The notes below the pieces were generated by a model. That model ran no database searches. It was given only the letters and a program-made list of their open reading frames with translations, and was not told the origin of the DNA. From the IMG/VR virus record IMGVR_UViG_3300027764_000323, positions 1 through 24,190 of that record: a DNA stretch of 24,190 bases. The stretch is one strand, 5' to 3'. Shown here piece after piece: positions 9,541 to 18,092 of this stretch. Position numbers and translations under genes: made by a program. This stretch comes from a virus (Duplodnaviria; Caudoviricetes). The first letter of the stretch is position 1. Each line of letters opens with the position of its first letter.

Positions 9541-10713
9541 ATGAAAATTTTAGAAGTACTTACTGAAGCAACTACTGTTGGTAGAGAATTCCAACACTTA
9601 GAAGATTTATTAATTGTAGATGGTGCTGCAGGTGGTATTGAAGCATTAGAAGAATTAGCAGATGCATCTTCTTCACCCTCAAGTTTAGGTTTCAAATGGG
9701 ATGGTGGTGCTGCTGTCTATTGGGGTAGAAACAACAAGGGTGAATTTGTATTTGTTCCAAAAAATCAATGGGGCAAAGAACAGATGTTGGACAAAGAAGG
9801 CCTAAGCTATCAAATCAAAAGTACAGGCAAAATCAAGTCTGGACAATCACCTGAAGCTTTCGCTAAAGTACGGGCTGGAATGGCAGCAAAGTATGAAGAG
9901 TTATGGGATCTGTTTGAAGAAGCTACTCCATCACAATTTAAAGGTTACTTGACCGGTGATCTTATGTTCACTGAACCTCAACGGGCTAATCCAAGAACTG
10001 GTGAATATGAATTCACTCCGAACAAAGTTACTTACCATGTTCGTCCCACTGGCTTAGGTGGTAAGATGGCAACTGCTAAAGCATTTGTAATAGTTCATGG
10101 CAAGATTGCTAAGTTTGGAGCAGATGCTACTGGTAATTTAACACCAATGCCAGACAACATCATTGAGCAGTTCAATAAAACATCAAGATTGATTGTATTG
10201 AATTCACAGAAACCAAAAATCAAGTTAAAACCAAATACCAAAGAATTAAATCAAGCTATCAATTTTATAAAGACTAATGCAGCAGCAATTAATGAAATTG
10301 CCGACTACACGGCACCTAAATTCTCAAGTTTGAAATCAATTCTGTATACCTATGCCGTAGCTAGAGCAAAAGCAGCAGGAGTTACTGACTTTGCTGCATG
10401 GTTGAACAATAGTAAAGTATCAGACAATCAAAAAGCAATACTTCAGAATGATGTAATGCGTAAACCAAGTTGGCAAGTATTTTGGGCTGCATTCCATCAA
10501 ATTCTAAATGCTAAACACGCTGTATTAGAACAGTTGCACACTATGGGTGGAAATGATATGTATGATCGTTTAGGAATTCGTGCTAGTACTGGTGGCAAGC
10601 CTGGTGGCGAAGGGTTTGTTAAGACATTCAAGAGTGGCAAGTTGGGTAAGTTAGTAAATCCTGAATTTAGATCGGCACCCACCAATCCATTATTCTTACC
10701 CGATGCTGGTTAA
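9541..10713 (+). CDS. Ligase-fold covalent nucleotidyltransferase (RNA-ligase-like; resembles DUF6267 from memory)
   Basis: Motif I-like KWDG, motif III-like TGDLMF, motif IV-like GEGFV, motif V-like GKLV; N-terminus MKILEVLTE|A. Confidence 0.65.
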   Translation: MKILEVLTEATTVGREFQHLEDLLIVDGAAGGIEALEELADASSSPSSLGFKWDGGAAVYWGRNNKGEFVFVPKNQWGKEQMLDKEGLSYQIKSTGKIKSGQSPEAFAKVRAGMAAKYEELWDLFEEATPSQFKGYLTGDLMFTEPQRANPRTGEYEFTPNKVTYHVRPTGLGGKMATAKAFVIVHGKIAKFGADATGNLTPMPDNIIEQFNKTSRLIVLNSQKPKIKLKPNTKELNQAINFIKTNAAAINEIADYTAPKFSSLKSILYTYAVARAKAAGVTDFAAWLNNSKVSDNQKAILQNDVMRKPSWQVFWAAFHQILNAKHAVLEQLHTMGGNDMYDRLGIRASTGGKPGGEGFVKTFKSGKLGKLVNPEFRSAPTNPLFLPDAG

Positions 10714-10714
10714 T

Positions 10715-10735
10715 TAGTGTAGAAGCACTATTTTT
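10715..10735 (+). terminator. Intrinsic terminator
   Basis: TAGTGT-AGAA-GCACTA (one G.U pair) followed by TTTTT, directly after the stop codon. Confidence 0.6.
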
Positions 10736-10744
10736 ATAAATTAG

Positions 10745-10771
10745 ATAAATATTCTTATACGCGAAAGCGTA
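10745..10771 (+). promoter_or_regulatory. Late promoter box plus 5' GNRA hairpin
   Basis: ATAAATA at 10745-10751; TACGC-GAAA-GCGTA at 10758-10771; AAGGA RBS downstream. Confidence 0.7.
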
Positions 10772-10793
10772 AAAACTTAAAAGGAAAATAATC

Positions 10794-11198
10794 ATGGCAG
10801 TTTTTGCTCGTACAAATGGTGACGCAAATGGCGTCGTTAATCAAGATGTAAATTTAAACCCACGCACTAATGACTTAGATATCATTATTTCTACTGGTGG
10901 CAAGCGTCCAACAATGTTTAAAATCATTGGAGACACTGGTGTTTCATTCAATGCTGAAATGGGTGCTGGCGGAGCAGTTGAAGCTGTTCTACGCTTAATA
11001 TCAACTCAAGCTACCATCATCGCTTATCAAGTTACTACTGGTAGCCAAGGTCAAATGAGCGTACTATGTGAGTCAACTGGCTGGACTTCAGACACAGTTT
11101 TGCGTGATGCTATTCGCGCACTAACATCAATTGGTGCAGGTCCAATCTCTATGGCCGCATCAACTTGCGTGTCAACTGGTGGCATTAAAGCAGCTTAA
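10794..11198 (+). CDS. Putative abundant virion structural protein (134 aa)
   Basis: Has its own late box, strong RBS and terminator; A/G/T-rich composition. Function is inferred. Confidence 0.55.
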   Translation: MAVFARTNGDANGVVNQDVNLNPRTNDLDIIISTGGKRPTMFKIIGDTGVSFNAEMGAGGAVEAVLRLISTQATIIAYQVTTGSQGQMSVLCESTGWTSDTVLRDAIRALTSIGAGPISMAASTCVSTGGIKAA

Positions 11199-11224
11199 TT
11201 CAAAATAAAATTATTTTGAAACAC

Positions 11225-11249
11225 AAAGGGCGGAATAAATCCGCCCTTT
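11225..11249 (+). terminator. Intrinsic terminator
   Basis: AAAGGGCGGA-ATAAA-TCCGCCCTTT, preceded by a second AT-rich hairpin TTCAAAATAA-AA-TTATTTTGAA (11199-11220). Confidence 0.8.
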
Positions 11250-11259
11250 CCCATGGTCA

Positions 11260-11266
11260 ATAAATA
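11260..11266 (+). promoter_or_regulatory. Late promoter box
   Basis: ATAAATA just after the terminator; in-frame ATG 4 nt later. Confidence 0.65.
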
Positions 11267-11270
11267 TGAA

Positions 11271-11696
11271 ATGAATGATACTGGCACATGGTTTACTGGA
11301 TACACATTAGTTGACATTACTAATACTGGAGTCATTAAACATGACCCATTATTGCAAATGAAACGAAATCAACAACGAAACTGGGAAACTATTTTACAAG
11401 TAATAAGTTTACGCGCCCAACCAATGGCAATAACAACAAATCAGCCTATGGTAGTTCAAATGAAGGAACATCAGTTTGGTAGTGCGTACACAAACAAGCA
11501 ATTATGTTGGAAATTTAAATTCTATATTGAACATAAAGATGCATTAGGTCCTGCAAATGAGCCAGACTTATTTTTAAAAACAGATTTTGACCAAGTACCA
11601 ATAATTTACAATTTGACAGAGACAGTTAAGGGTAATATACCAATTTTTTATACTTCAGGTGAGTTCAAAAATATATACTTTAAGTTTTCCTCATAA
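11271..11696 (+). CDS. Hypothetical late protein (141 aa)
   Basis: Start moved from 11253 to 11271 because the late box lies between the two ATGs. Confidence 0.7.
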   Translation: MNDTGTWFTGYTLVDITNTGVIKHDPLLQMKRNQQRNWETILQVISLRAQPMAITTNQPMVVQMKEHQFGSAYTNKQLCWKFKFYIEHKDALGPANEPDLFLKTDFDQVPIIYNLTETVKGNIPIFYTSGEFKNIYFKFSS

Positions 11697-11701
11697 TTTT
11701 A

Positions 11702-11731
11702 ATAAATATTAAAACGGAAATGAATTTCCGT
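11702..11731 (+). promoter_or_regulatory. Late promoter box plus 5' hairpin
   Basis: ATAAATA at 11702-11708; ACGGAAA-TGAA-TTTCCGT at 11714-11731. Confidence 0.65.
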
Positions 11732-11748
11732 AACAGGGATTATTTAGA

Positions 11749-12006
11749 ATGTCAACTGAAATTGAAAAGAAAAGTCTAGAAGCCCATGTGGAGCTTTGCG
11801 CTGAAAGGTATAGTAACTTGCAAGACAAACTAGATAGTTTGGAAAGTAAAGTTGAAAAACTGGAAGGTCATATTATTTTTATTAAAGACTCATTAGCTCA
11901 TAGTAATGAAAGAAGTAGTAAACAAATAATAACAATTGGAACATCAATTTTTGTTGCAATGCTGACCGGAATTATTTCTTTATTAATACATTTAAATAAA
12001 ATATGA
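11749..12006 (+). CDS. Coiled-coil protein with C-terminal transmembrane helix (XhlA/holin-like architecture)
   Basis: Heptad-like LQDKLDSLESKVEKLE, then hydrophobic IITIGTSIFVAMLTGIISLLIHL. Confidence 0.6.
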   Translation: MSTEIEKKSLEAHVELCAERYSNLQDKLDSLESKVEKLEGHIIFIKDSLAHSNERSSKQIITIGTSIFVAMLTGIISLLIHLNKI

Positions 12007-12215
12007 AAATCGTAGAACTGTTAAATAGTGTACAACTACCCATCAATAATGAAGAAGCTGATTTATTGGCTAAATTCAATGTAGAATCCATTATAAAGAA
12101 ATCACAATTGGATTTACATGAACAGCATATTGCAAATCAATTAGTGGTCAAAGGTGTATTACTTAGAAAAAACAATAATGGACAGCACGAATACCGTAAA
12201 CATATCAAAGATTGA
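12003..12215 (+). CDS. Hypothetical protein (70 aa)
   Basis: ATGA overlap with the previous gene; N-terminus MKIVELL; TTAAATA at 11992-11998. Confidence 0.7.
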   Translation: MKIVELLNSVQLPINNEEADLLAKFNVESIIKKSQLDLHEQHIANQLVVKGVLLRKNNNGQHEYRKHIKD

Positions 12216-12705
12216 AGAGATTGTAAGCCGTACAGTAATTTACTTAAAAGAATGGACCCAGAAAGAATTTTTAGAATTAGTTAATCATCCTTTACATAAA
12301 GATCAAGCACCATTAATAGTAGATATGGGGGGCAAAGGATATTTAATAGGAAATTATGCAGTTAGGCCAATGAAGGGTAATTGGTGGAATGTTTCTTATT
12401 GTTACAGTGATATAGAATATATCTTTAGTAGCAAGATAGCAGCAGTTTGTTATACAGTGTATAAACAATCTGGCAAAACAAATTTAGCAGAGAAAATATT
12501 AAAACAAGATGCAGATGTTGGTAGGTTGATAGTTAAGACTGATCAGTATAAATATAATTATAAGCAAGCTAAAACGAAAAAGAATAACTTTGCTGCTGAT
12601 GTATTTTTAAGTAGATACCACAATTATCTTACTCAACTTGAACAATCCAAGAATGATTTAGGGAAAAGTTTAAAGTTGGCTAAATACTTTAATCTTTGGG
12701 AATAA
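12178..12705 (+). CDS. Hypothetical protein (about 175 aa)
   Basis: Long ORF filling the gap; ATG 12178 preferred over GTG 12154 because it shortens the overlap. Start uncertain. Confidence 0.65.
   Translation: MDSTNTVNISKIEEIVSRTVIYLKEWTQKEFLELVNHPLHKDQAPLIVDMGGKGYLIGNYAVRPMKGNWWNVSYCYSDIEYIFSSKIAAVCYTVYKQSGKTNLAEKILKQDADVGRLIVKTDQYKYNYKQAKTKKNNFAADVFLSRYHNYLTQLEQSKNDLGKSLKLAKYFNLWE
12680..12686 (+). promoter_or_regulatory. Possible late promoter box inside the upstream gene's 3' end
   Basis: CTAAATA 25 nt upstream of the 12712 ATG. Confidence 0.45.
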
Positions 12706-12711
12706 CCGACT

Positions 12712-13392
12712 ATGAACTTATCAGAAATTAACCCTGTCTCTACTGCTAAAAAAATGAATAAAATCATGGAAAGCCGATTTGGTTTTGGTATCAATTACGA
12801 TACATTAACCATTCCGCAAGCAAAAAGATTGAGTAAATCTATTGCAGAGAATCTAACTAGAATCAAACACAGTTTTGGTTCACACACTGCTGAACGCAAT
12901 CCAAAATACATGGAACTTCTATTAGTCCGTGAAGGACTACAAAGATGGCTAGGTGAAACTCGTCGTCTAATGGAAGGCGAGATGGGCAAGAGTGAAGCTA
13001 TCTTAGCTGCAAAAGATATGGTTGACTCCATTCAAGACATGGTTGAAAAAGTTAGCAAAATGCAAGCAGAACAAATGCCAGCATTGATTGACACCATCCG
13101 TGACCAAATTGGTATGCAAGAAGCTGATCAATTTAAAAATTCAGTTGGACAACTTTTAACTGATATGGCAGCAAAACTAGGCCAGGCCAGAGAAAGTGCT
13201 GATGTTGCTGCTAGACAATTAGCAGGTGAACAAATGGGTGCTGGTGGTATGGAAATGCCAGGATCAGAACTTGCTGCTCCAGAAACCAGTGACTTTGATT
13301 CAGAAGGACCAGAAGCTGATGCAGGAGATGCATTTGCTGCATCAGATGCTGCAGTTGGTGGTACTGAACCATTAGGAAGAGAACAACGCTAA
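12712..13392 (+). CDS. Putative prohead core/scaffold-like protein
   Basis: Helical, with an acidic disordered C-terminus and several [IL]xE sites (LSE, IME, LME). Function is inferred. Confidence 0.45.
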   Translation: MNLSEINPVSTAKKMNKIMESRFGFGINYDTLTIPQAKRLSKSIAENLTRIKHSFGSHTAERNPKYMELLLVREGLQRWLGETRRLMEGEMGKSEAILAAKDMVDSIQDMVEKVSKMQAEQMPALIDTIRDQIGMQEADQFKNSVGQLLTDMAAKLGQARESADVAARQLAGEQMGAGGMEMPGSELAAPETSDFDSEGPEADAGDAFAASDAAVGGTEPLGREQR

Positions 13393-13799
13393 TGCGAGTT
13401 CGTGAAATTATAGTTGAGGATGATGAAGGTGGTAAGGGTGTTGATATCAGTATCAACAATCTAGCCAATATGTTAGAAACTCTGCGTAACAGAGCCGATG
13501 ACATGCATCAAATTCCAAAGATCAGGGTTGATAGTCTAATCAATATGATGCGTCATCAACCAGGATCAGAAATGTTTAATATTGATTCTCTTATAACAGC
13601 CTTTAAGGATAAAGAAGTTATAAAGAATCTAGTTAAAAATATTAAACCTGATCCTACTGGTGTCAAATATCTTTACTTGAAATCTATGACTAATGACGAA
13701 GACTATTCATTAGATAATATTGATGCCAACACCCAAGCTGTTGATCCGGAAACTACAATAGATCAAATGGCAAAACGAGCGTTAAACAAACGAGGATAA
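13392..13799 (+). CDS. Putative internal head protein (135 aa)
   Basis: TAATG overlap; N-terminus MRVREIIVE|D. Confidence 0.5.
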   Translation: MRVREIIVEDDEGGKGVDISINNLANMLETLRNRADDMHQIPKIRVDSLINMMRHQPGSEMFNIDSLITAFKDKEVIKNLVKNIKPDPTGVKYLYLKSMTNDEDYSLDNIDANTQAVDPETTIDQMAKRALNKRG

Positions 13800-13801
13800 A
13801 T

Positions 13802-13837
13802 AAAATCAACTTAATTTCACGATTAAGTTGATTTTTT
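13802..13837. terminator. Long AT-rich hairpin, probable terminator
   Basis: AAAATCAACTTAAT-TTCACG-ATTAAGTTGATTTT: perfect 14-bp stem ending in a T run. Confidence 0.7.
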
Positions 13838-13856
13838 ACTTGTGGTGTGATATACT
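13828..13856 (+). promoter_or_regulatory. sigma70-type promoter
   Basis: TTGATT, 17 nt, TATACT with an extended -10 TG. Confidence 0.7.
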
Positions 13857-13865
13857 TGTTTGGTT

Positions 13866-14549
13866 ATGATAACCAATAAATTTACCTACCAACCCCTAAA
13901 CAGGGAAACCATTGACGGCAAACGACATTATGTTACCCCGGACAATCAACGAGTATCTAGTGTAACTACTATACTTGATGCAACCAAAACACAAGAATCT
14001 AGGGATGCATTAAATAATTGGCGAAAACGAGTAGGTATCGAAAAAGCTCAGAATATTACAACCGAAGCTGCCGGTCGTGGAACAAGGATGCATAAATGGC
14101 TAGAAAATTATGTCAAGAATGGCATGATAGATGAACCAGGATCAAATCCATATAGTCAGCAAAGTCATGTAATGGCTAATAAAATCATTGAACAGGGGTT
14201 GATCAATGTCAATGAATATTGGGGCGTAGAAATACCAGTATATTATCCTAGTTTATATGCAGGCACAACTGATTGTGTTGGCGTTTGGAAAGATAAACCA
14301 GCAATAATTGACTTCAAGCAAAGTAATAAAGCAAAGAAGAGGGAATGGATTGATGATTACTTTTTGCAACTTTGTGCTTATATGCTAGCCCATGATGAAG
14401 TACATGAAACCAAAATTGAAGCTGGGGTTATTCTAATGTGTACTCAAGATTTCCAGTATCAAGAATTTGTACTAGAAGGATCTGATCTAGAAAAATATAA
14501 AAACATGTGGTGGGATAGAGTTGCTGAATATTACAAAAACAAACAATAA
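13866..14549 (+). CDS. PD-(D/E)XK exonuclease (Cas4/RecB/MGME1-like)
   Basis: SVTTIL, RGTRMH, YAGTTD, IIDFK and QLCAY motifs; ATG 13866 preferred to TTG 13860. Confidence 0.88.
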   Translation: MITNKFTYQPLNRETIDGKRHYVTPDNQRVSSVTTILDATKTQESRDALNNWRKRVGIEKAQNITTEAAGRGTRMHKWLENYVKNGMIDEPGSNPYSQQSHVMANKIIEQGLINVNEYWGVEIPVYYPSLYAGTTDCVGVWKDKPAIIDFKQSNKAKKREWIDDYFLQLCAYMLAHDEVHETKIEAGVILMCTQDFQYQEFVLEGSDLEKYKNMWWDRVAEYYKNKQ

Positions 14550-14555
14550 ATCAGC

Positions 14556-14562
14556 ATAAATA
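14556..14562 (+). promoter_or_regulatory. Late promoter box
   Basis: Intergenic ATAAATA followed by an AAGGT RBS. Confidence 0.7.
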
Positions 14563-14585
14563 CATGATACAAAGGTAATACTATC

Positions 14586-16157
14586 ATGTCTGTTACACAA
14601 GTCAGTCAAATACAAGTTCGCAGAGGTGCATTATTAGACCTGGGCCAATTAGCAGCAGGAGAATTCGGCTGGGCAATTGATCGGCTTCGTTTATTCATTG
14701 GCAATGGTACTATTGCTGAAGGAGCACCAATTGAAGGTATAACTGAAATATTAACTACAAGATCAGACCTATTTGAACTGTTTAGCAAATATAGGTTTAG
14801 AGGTCTTCTTGGCGGATATGAAGTACTAACTGGTGTCAATTCACTAAGTTATACATATAGAACATTACAAAATAAACTAGATGATAATGTTAATATACGA
14901 GACTTTGGTGCTGTCGGTGACGGAATCATTGATGACAGAATTGCCATTCAACGGGCAATTGATCAAATTTACGGTAGACTATCTTCAGTAACTCCTGTTA
15001 TAACTAGACGAGTAATTAATTTTCATCCAGGTACTTATAAGATTGTTGGTGAATTGCGTATTCCTCCCTATTGTGTATTACGCGGTGCAGGGAAGAATAG
15101 TGTCATCATTGAACAAGCAGATGTTACTGCCTCTTGTGTTTTCAGAACTACTGATAATACAGGTGCATTTGGTGCTAATATATTAGCCGGAATGTCTGAT
15201 ACTGCTAAATTTATAGAAATGTCCGATATTGTTTTTAGTCAATCATTAGATAATACCATTGCTATAATTGATGCAGCAACTGATGTGACATTTAATAAAT
15301 GTAGATTTGTCGGGCCAACTATTAATCCAATGACAGTTACTTCAAGTGCAGGTGTTAAAATTTCATCAGACTATTTTGATACCAGATCAATTTATTTCAC
15401 TGAATGTGATTTTATTGGCACATCATCTGGGGTTGATATTTCTGACATAGAAAATACCAGTGAAATAACATTTGACAAATGTTTATTTTTTAGTTTAATG
15501 AATGGTGTGACGGTCTCTACAACTCATACCGGGAATATTTCAAGCATTAAAGTAATGAATTCTCTATTCAATCAAATAGGGTCACAAGCTATATTAGCCA
15601 ATGTAGATGTTCAAGGTATCACTAGTGCATTTAATACATATTCTAATGTTGGTGATATGTATCAAGGTCCTGGTTCTGCAGTTTCATCAATTATTGAATT
15701 TAATAGCGATAATAATTATTCTATTGCTGATATATTCACTAGAACTCAAGCTGATAATTTAATTTTCCCATCAGTAGAACATAATGGATATTCAGTTATG
15801 TCTACTAATATTTCTGATGCCGTCAGATTTGGTAATTCATATCAGACTGTTGGAAAAAGTGTTATTGTTGATTCTGCTACTACTAATTATATTCCTATTC
15901 ATGGTAAATTTAAACATGGTATTATAAATTATAGTGCAGAAAGAAATTTAAAGTACAGAACTGGTACAATCAAATTTGTAATTGATTCTGGTGTCAGTGA
16001 ATGTCATTATCATGATTCTTTTACTGAAAATGCATCAGTGGGAGTTGATATAGATGTAATGTTTAATGCTGGTTCTCCTTTTATAGTATGTACTAGTAAT
16101 AATAGCAGTGATCAGACTGTAATAACCCTTGATGTAAAATCTCTCGTAAACTCTTAA
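14586..16157 (+). CDS. Tail spike/fibre protein with pectate-lyase-like beta-helix
   Basis: N-terminal QIQVRRG...LAAGEFGW...LFIGNG virion-anchor motif; NIRDFGAVGDGIIDD...AIQRAI...FHPGTY beta-helix start. Confidence 0.8.
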   Translation: MSVTQVSQIQVRRGALLDLGQLAAGEFGWAIDRLRLFIGNGTIAEGAPIEGITEILTTRSDLFELFSKYRFRGLLGGYEVLTGVNSLSYTYRTLQNKLDDNVNIRDFGAVGDGIIDDRIAIQRAIDQIYGRLSSVTPVITRRVINFHPGTYKIVGELRIPPYCVLRGAGKNSVIIEQADVTASCVFRTTDNTGAFGANILAGMSDTAKFIEMSDIVFSQSLDNTIAIIDAATDVTFNKCRFVGPTINPMTVTSSAGVKISSDYFDTRSIYFTECDFIGTSSGVDISDIENTSEITFDKCLFFSLMNGVTVSTTHTGNISSIKVMNSLFNQIGSQAILANVDVQGITSAFNTYSNVGDMYQGPGSAVSSIIEFNSDNNYSIADIFTRTQADNLIFPSVEHNGYSVMSTNISDAVRFGNSYQTVGKSVIVDSATTNYIPIHGKFKHGIINYSAERNLKYRTGTIKFVIDSGVSECHYHDSFTENASVGVDIDVMFNAGSPFIVCTSNNSSDQTVITLDVKSLVNS

Positions 16158-16171
16158 CTCAAATCTCAAAA

Positions 16172-16624
16172 ATGTGGAATCTCAAATCAAGTGATCGGCT
16201 TCACGAATGGAAGCTTTTCCGTGAAGATATTAGTGCTTTATCATTAGAAAAAGCAATAGAAAAAACAAACCATTTATGGAGTTACGCTCCATTTGTAAAT
16301 TACTACATCAGTCCTGACCGAAGTCCAGATTGGCCGGACCCGTGGACATTATTACATGAAAATTACTATTGTGATATTGCAAAAAGTCTAGGAATAATGT
16401 ATACTCTACATCTATGTAGACATTATGATAATGGCATTGATTCAATTGAAATGAAAATATACAAGAACCCGAAAACACACGAACCACATAATACAGTATG
16501 GATTAATGATGGTAAATATATACTTAATTTCATCTTTGATTCAGTGGTAAATAAGTCTCAGTTAGATAAAAAATTAGTACTACAGTATACCTATTCCGTA
16601 GAAGACCTCAATCTCAATTTATAA
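16172..16624 (+). CDS. Hypothetical protein, possibly transglutaminase-like cysteine protease fold
   Basis: W-x-x-P...C-D-I-A...Y-T-L...H-x-x-V...ILN pattern. Confidence 0.45.
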   Translation: MWNLKSSDRLHEWKLFREDISALSLEKAIEKTNHLWSYAPFVNYYISPDRSPDWPDPWTLLHENYYCDIAKSLGIMYTLHLCRHYDNGIDSIEMKIYKNPKTHEPHNTVWINDGKYILNFIFDSVVNKSQLDKKLVLQYTYSVEDLNLNL

Positions 16625-16635
16625 GAAAGAATTAC

Positions 16636-16896
16636 ATGTTAACAATTTATAGCAAGGACAATTGTCAGTTTTGCACTAAAGTTAAATCATTACTTCATCT
16701 CAAGGGAATAGCCTTTGAAGAAATTAGAATAGATAAAGATCCGATCGCAAAAGCATTTATAGTTGATGCTGGACATAGAACAGTCCCACAGATTTACAAA
16801 AACGGTTCTATTTTTGTTGAGGGTGGGTATAATGGTCTGGCAAAATTAGATGATAAAATATTTCAACAATTAAGGGAAGAAATCAATGCTGATTGA
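16636..16896 (+). CDS. Glutaredoxin
   Basis: IYSKDNCQFC, TVPQI and GG motifs. Confidence 0.92.
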   Translation: MLTIYSKDNCQFCTKVKSLLHLKGIAFEEIRIDKDPIAKAFIVDAGHRTVPQIYKNGSIFVEGGYNGLAKLDDKIFQQLREEINAD

Positions 16897-17206
16897 AAAG
16901 AGCAAATATGAATTAGGTGAAGTACTATCATTCAAAACTGTTACAGGTGATGAAATTGTTGGTACATTAGTTTCCATTGAAAATGGGCTTAATGGTAAAG
17001 GTCTTAATGGAAATGATAAAAGCTACACGCTACACAAACCATGTATTGTAATAACTAGTGCTGAAGGTATTGGATTGATACAGGCTATGTTTGGTCTTGA
17101 TCCAGATTTGGAAAACTTAACATTGCGTGATCAACATGTAATTTTTATATGTCGTACTCATGCACAAATGAAAACACACTATGTAAGTGTTACTACTGCA
17201 GAATAA
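16886..17206 (+). CDS. Small beta-rich protein, possibly Sm-like fold
   Basis: FKTVTGDEIVG motif; overlaps the glutaredoxin stop. Confidence 0.5.
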   Translation: MLIEKSKYELGEVLSFKTVTGDEIVGTLVSIENGLNGKGLNGNDKSYTLHKPCIVITSAEGIGLIQAMFGLDPDLENLTLRDQHVIFICRTHAQMKTHYVSVTTAE

Positions 17207-17215
17207 GGAGAGTAT

Positions 17216-18082
17216 ATGCCTTACATACCTGGAAATGGAAGACTGACTGATGTTTTTCATAGCCCCACCGTAAATATAAATGGAGTACCAGTAGCATTGT
17301 GGTTATCTCCTAGAGAATCACCTACTTTTCCAGGGTTAGATTTGTTTGCGGAGATTGTTGCTGCTGCTGCTGAAGCTTCAACTTTATTTACTAGTGGAGA
17401 TTCTACTCAGGCCACTGGACAACAAGATGATCCTAATATAGTAGCAGTACAGAATAATCCTGCACAATTTAAAAATACTGCGGCTGCGGCTGCAGGAAGC
17501 AAAGAGAATTTTGCGGGTACACCGGAAAATACCGAAGGGGTTATTGACACTGGTCCTCCTCCTGTTTGTGAAAGTGGTGCATCTACTGTTGTTCCTTTTT
17601 TGGCATCATGTTTAGCTGAAGCAAAAAAAGGAACATGGAGAGAAACCGGACAGCACGGTGGTGCTAGTAATCCAAATATTATTAATATGTGGAAAAATAT
17701 TGGATTAAGCTATAGTTCGGATCAAACAGCATGGTGTGCTGGATTTGCAAACTTTGCATTAAAACAAAGTGGATTAAAATGGATTAAAGAAGCTGGTGCA
17801 AGAAGACAAGCATCTCGGTGTGCAGATTATGGTGGACAAATAGTTCCAATAAGTAATATGCAAGCCGGTGATTTAGTGTTATGGTCGTGTGGACATGTTA
17901 GTTTTTGTTATACTGCCAATCATGGAGTTTACACTTTTGTTGGTGGTAATCAAGCTCCTGGTAAAAATGCTACACCACCAGTTAGGGATCCTGGAAATGA
18001 TGGCGATGTTTCTATATCATGGGCTAGTGGTTGGACACCTAGTAGAGGTGGAATACAATCAGTAGTTCATATTACTTGTTGA
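17216..18082 (+). CDS. NlpC/P60-CHAP-type peptidoglycan hydrolase (TIGR02594-like C-terminal domain)
   Basis: AWCAGF, GDLVLW, GHVSF and GGNQ motifs; AAGGAG RBS. Confidence 0.8.
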   Translation: MPYIPGNGRLTDVFHSPTVNINGVPVALWLSPRESPTFPGLDLFAEIVAAAAEASTLFTSGDSTQATGQQDDPNIVAVQNNPAQFKNTAAAAAGSKENFAGTPENTEGVIDTGPPPVCESGASTVVPFLASCLAEAKKGTWRETGQHGGASNPNIINMWKNIGLSYSSDQTAWCAGFANFALKQSGLKWIKEAGARRQASRCADYGGQIVPISNMQAGDLVLWSCGHVSFCYTANHGVYTFVGGNQAPGKNATPPVRDPGNDGDVSISWASGWTPSRGGIQSVVHITC

Positions 18083-18088
18083 TAAGTA
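18082..18088 (+). promoter_or_regulatory. Late promoter box variant
   Basis: ATAAGTA with an ATG 4 nt later and no SD. Confidence 0.55.
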
Positions 18089-18092
18089 TATA

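Noticed and set aside
13866-14549. Cas4-like nuclease as evidence of CRISPR-Cas
   Set aside because: No repeat-spacer array, other cas genes, or Fe-S cysteine cluster seen; stand-alone exonucleases are common in phages.
16982-17014. NGLNGKGLNGN micro-duplication
   Set aside because: A short loop duplication with no evident significance.
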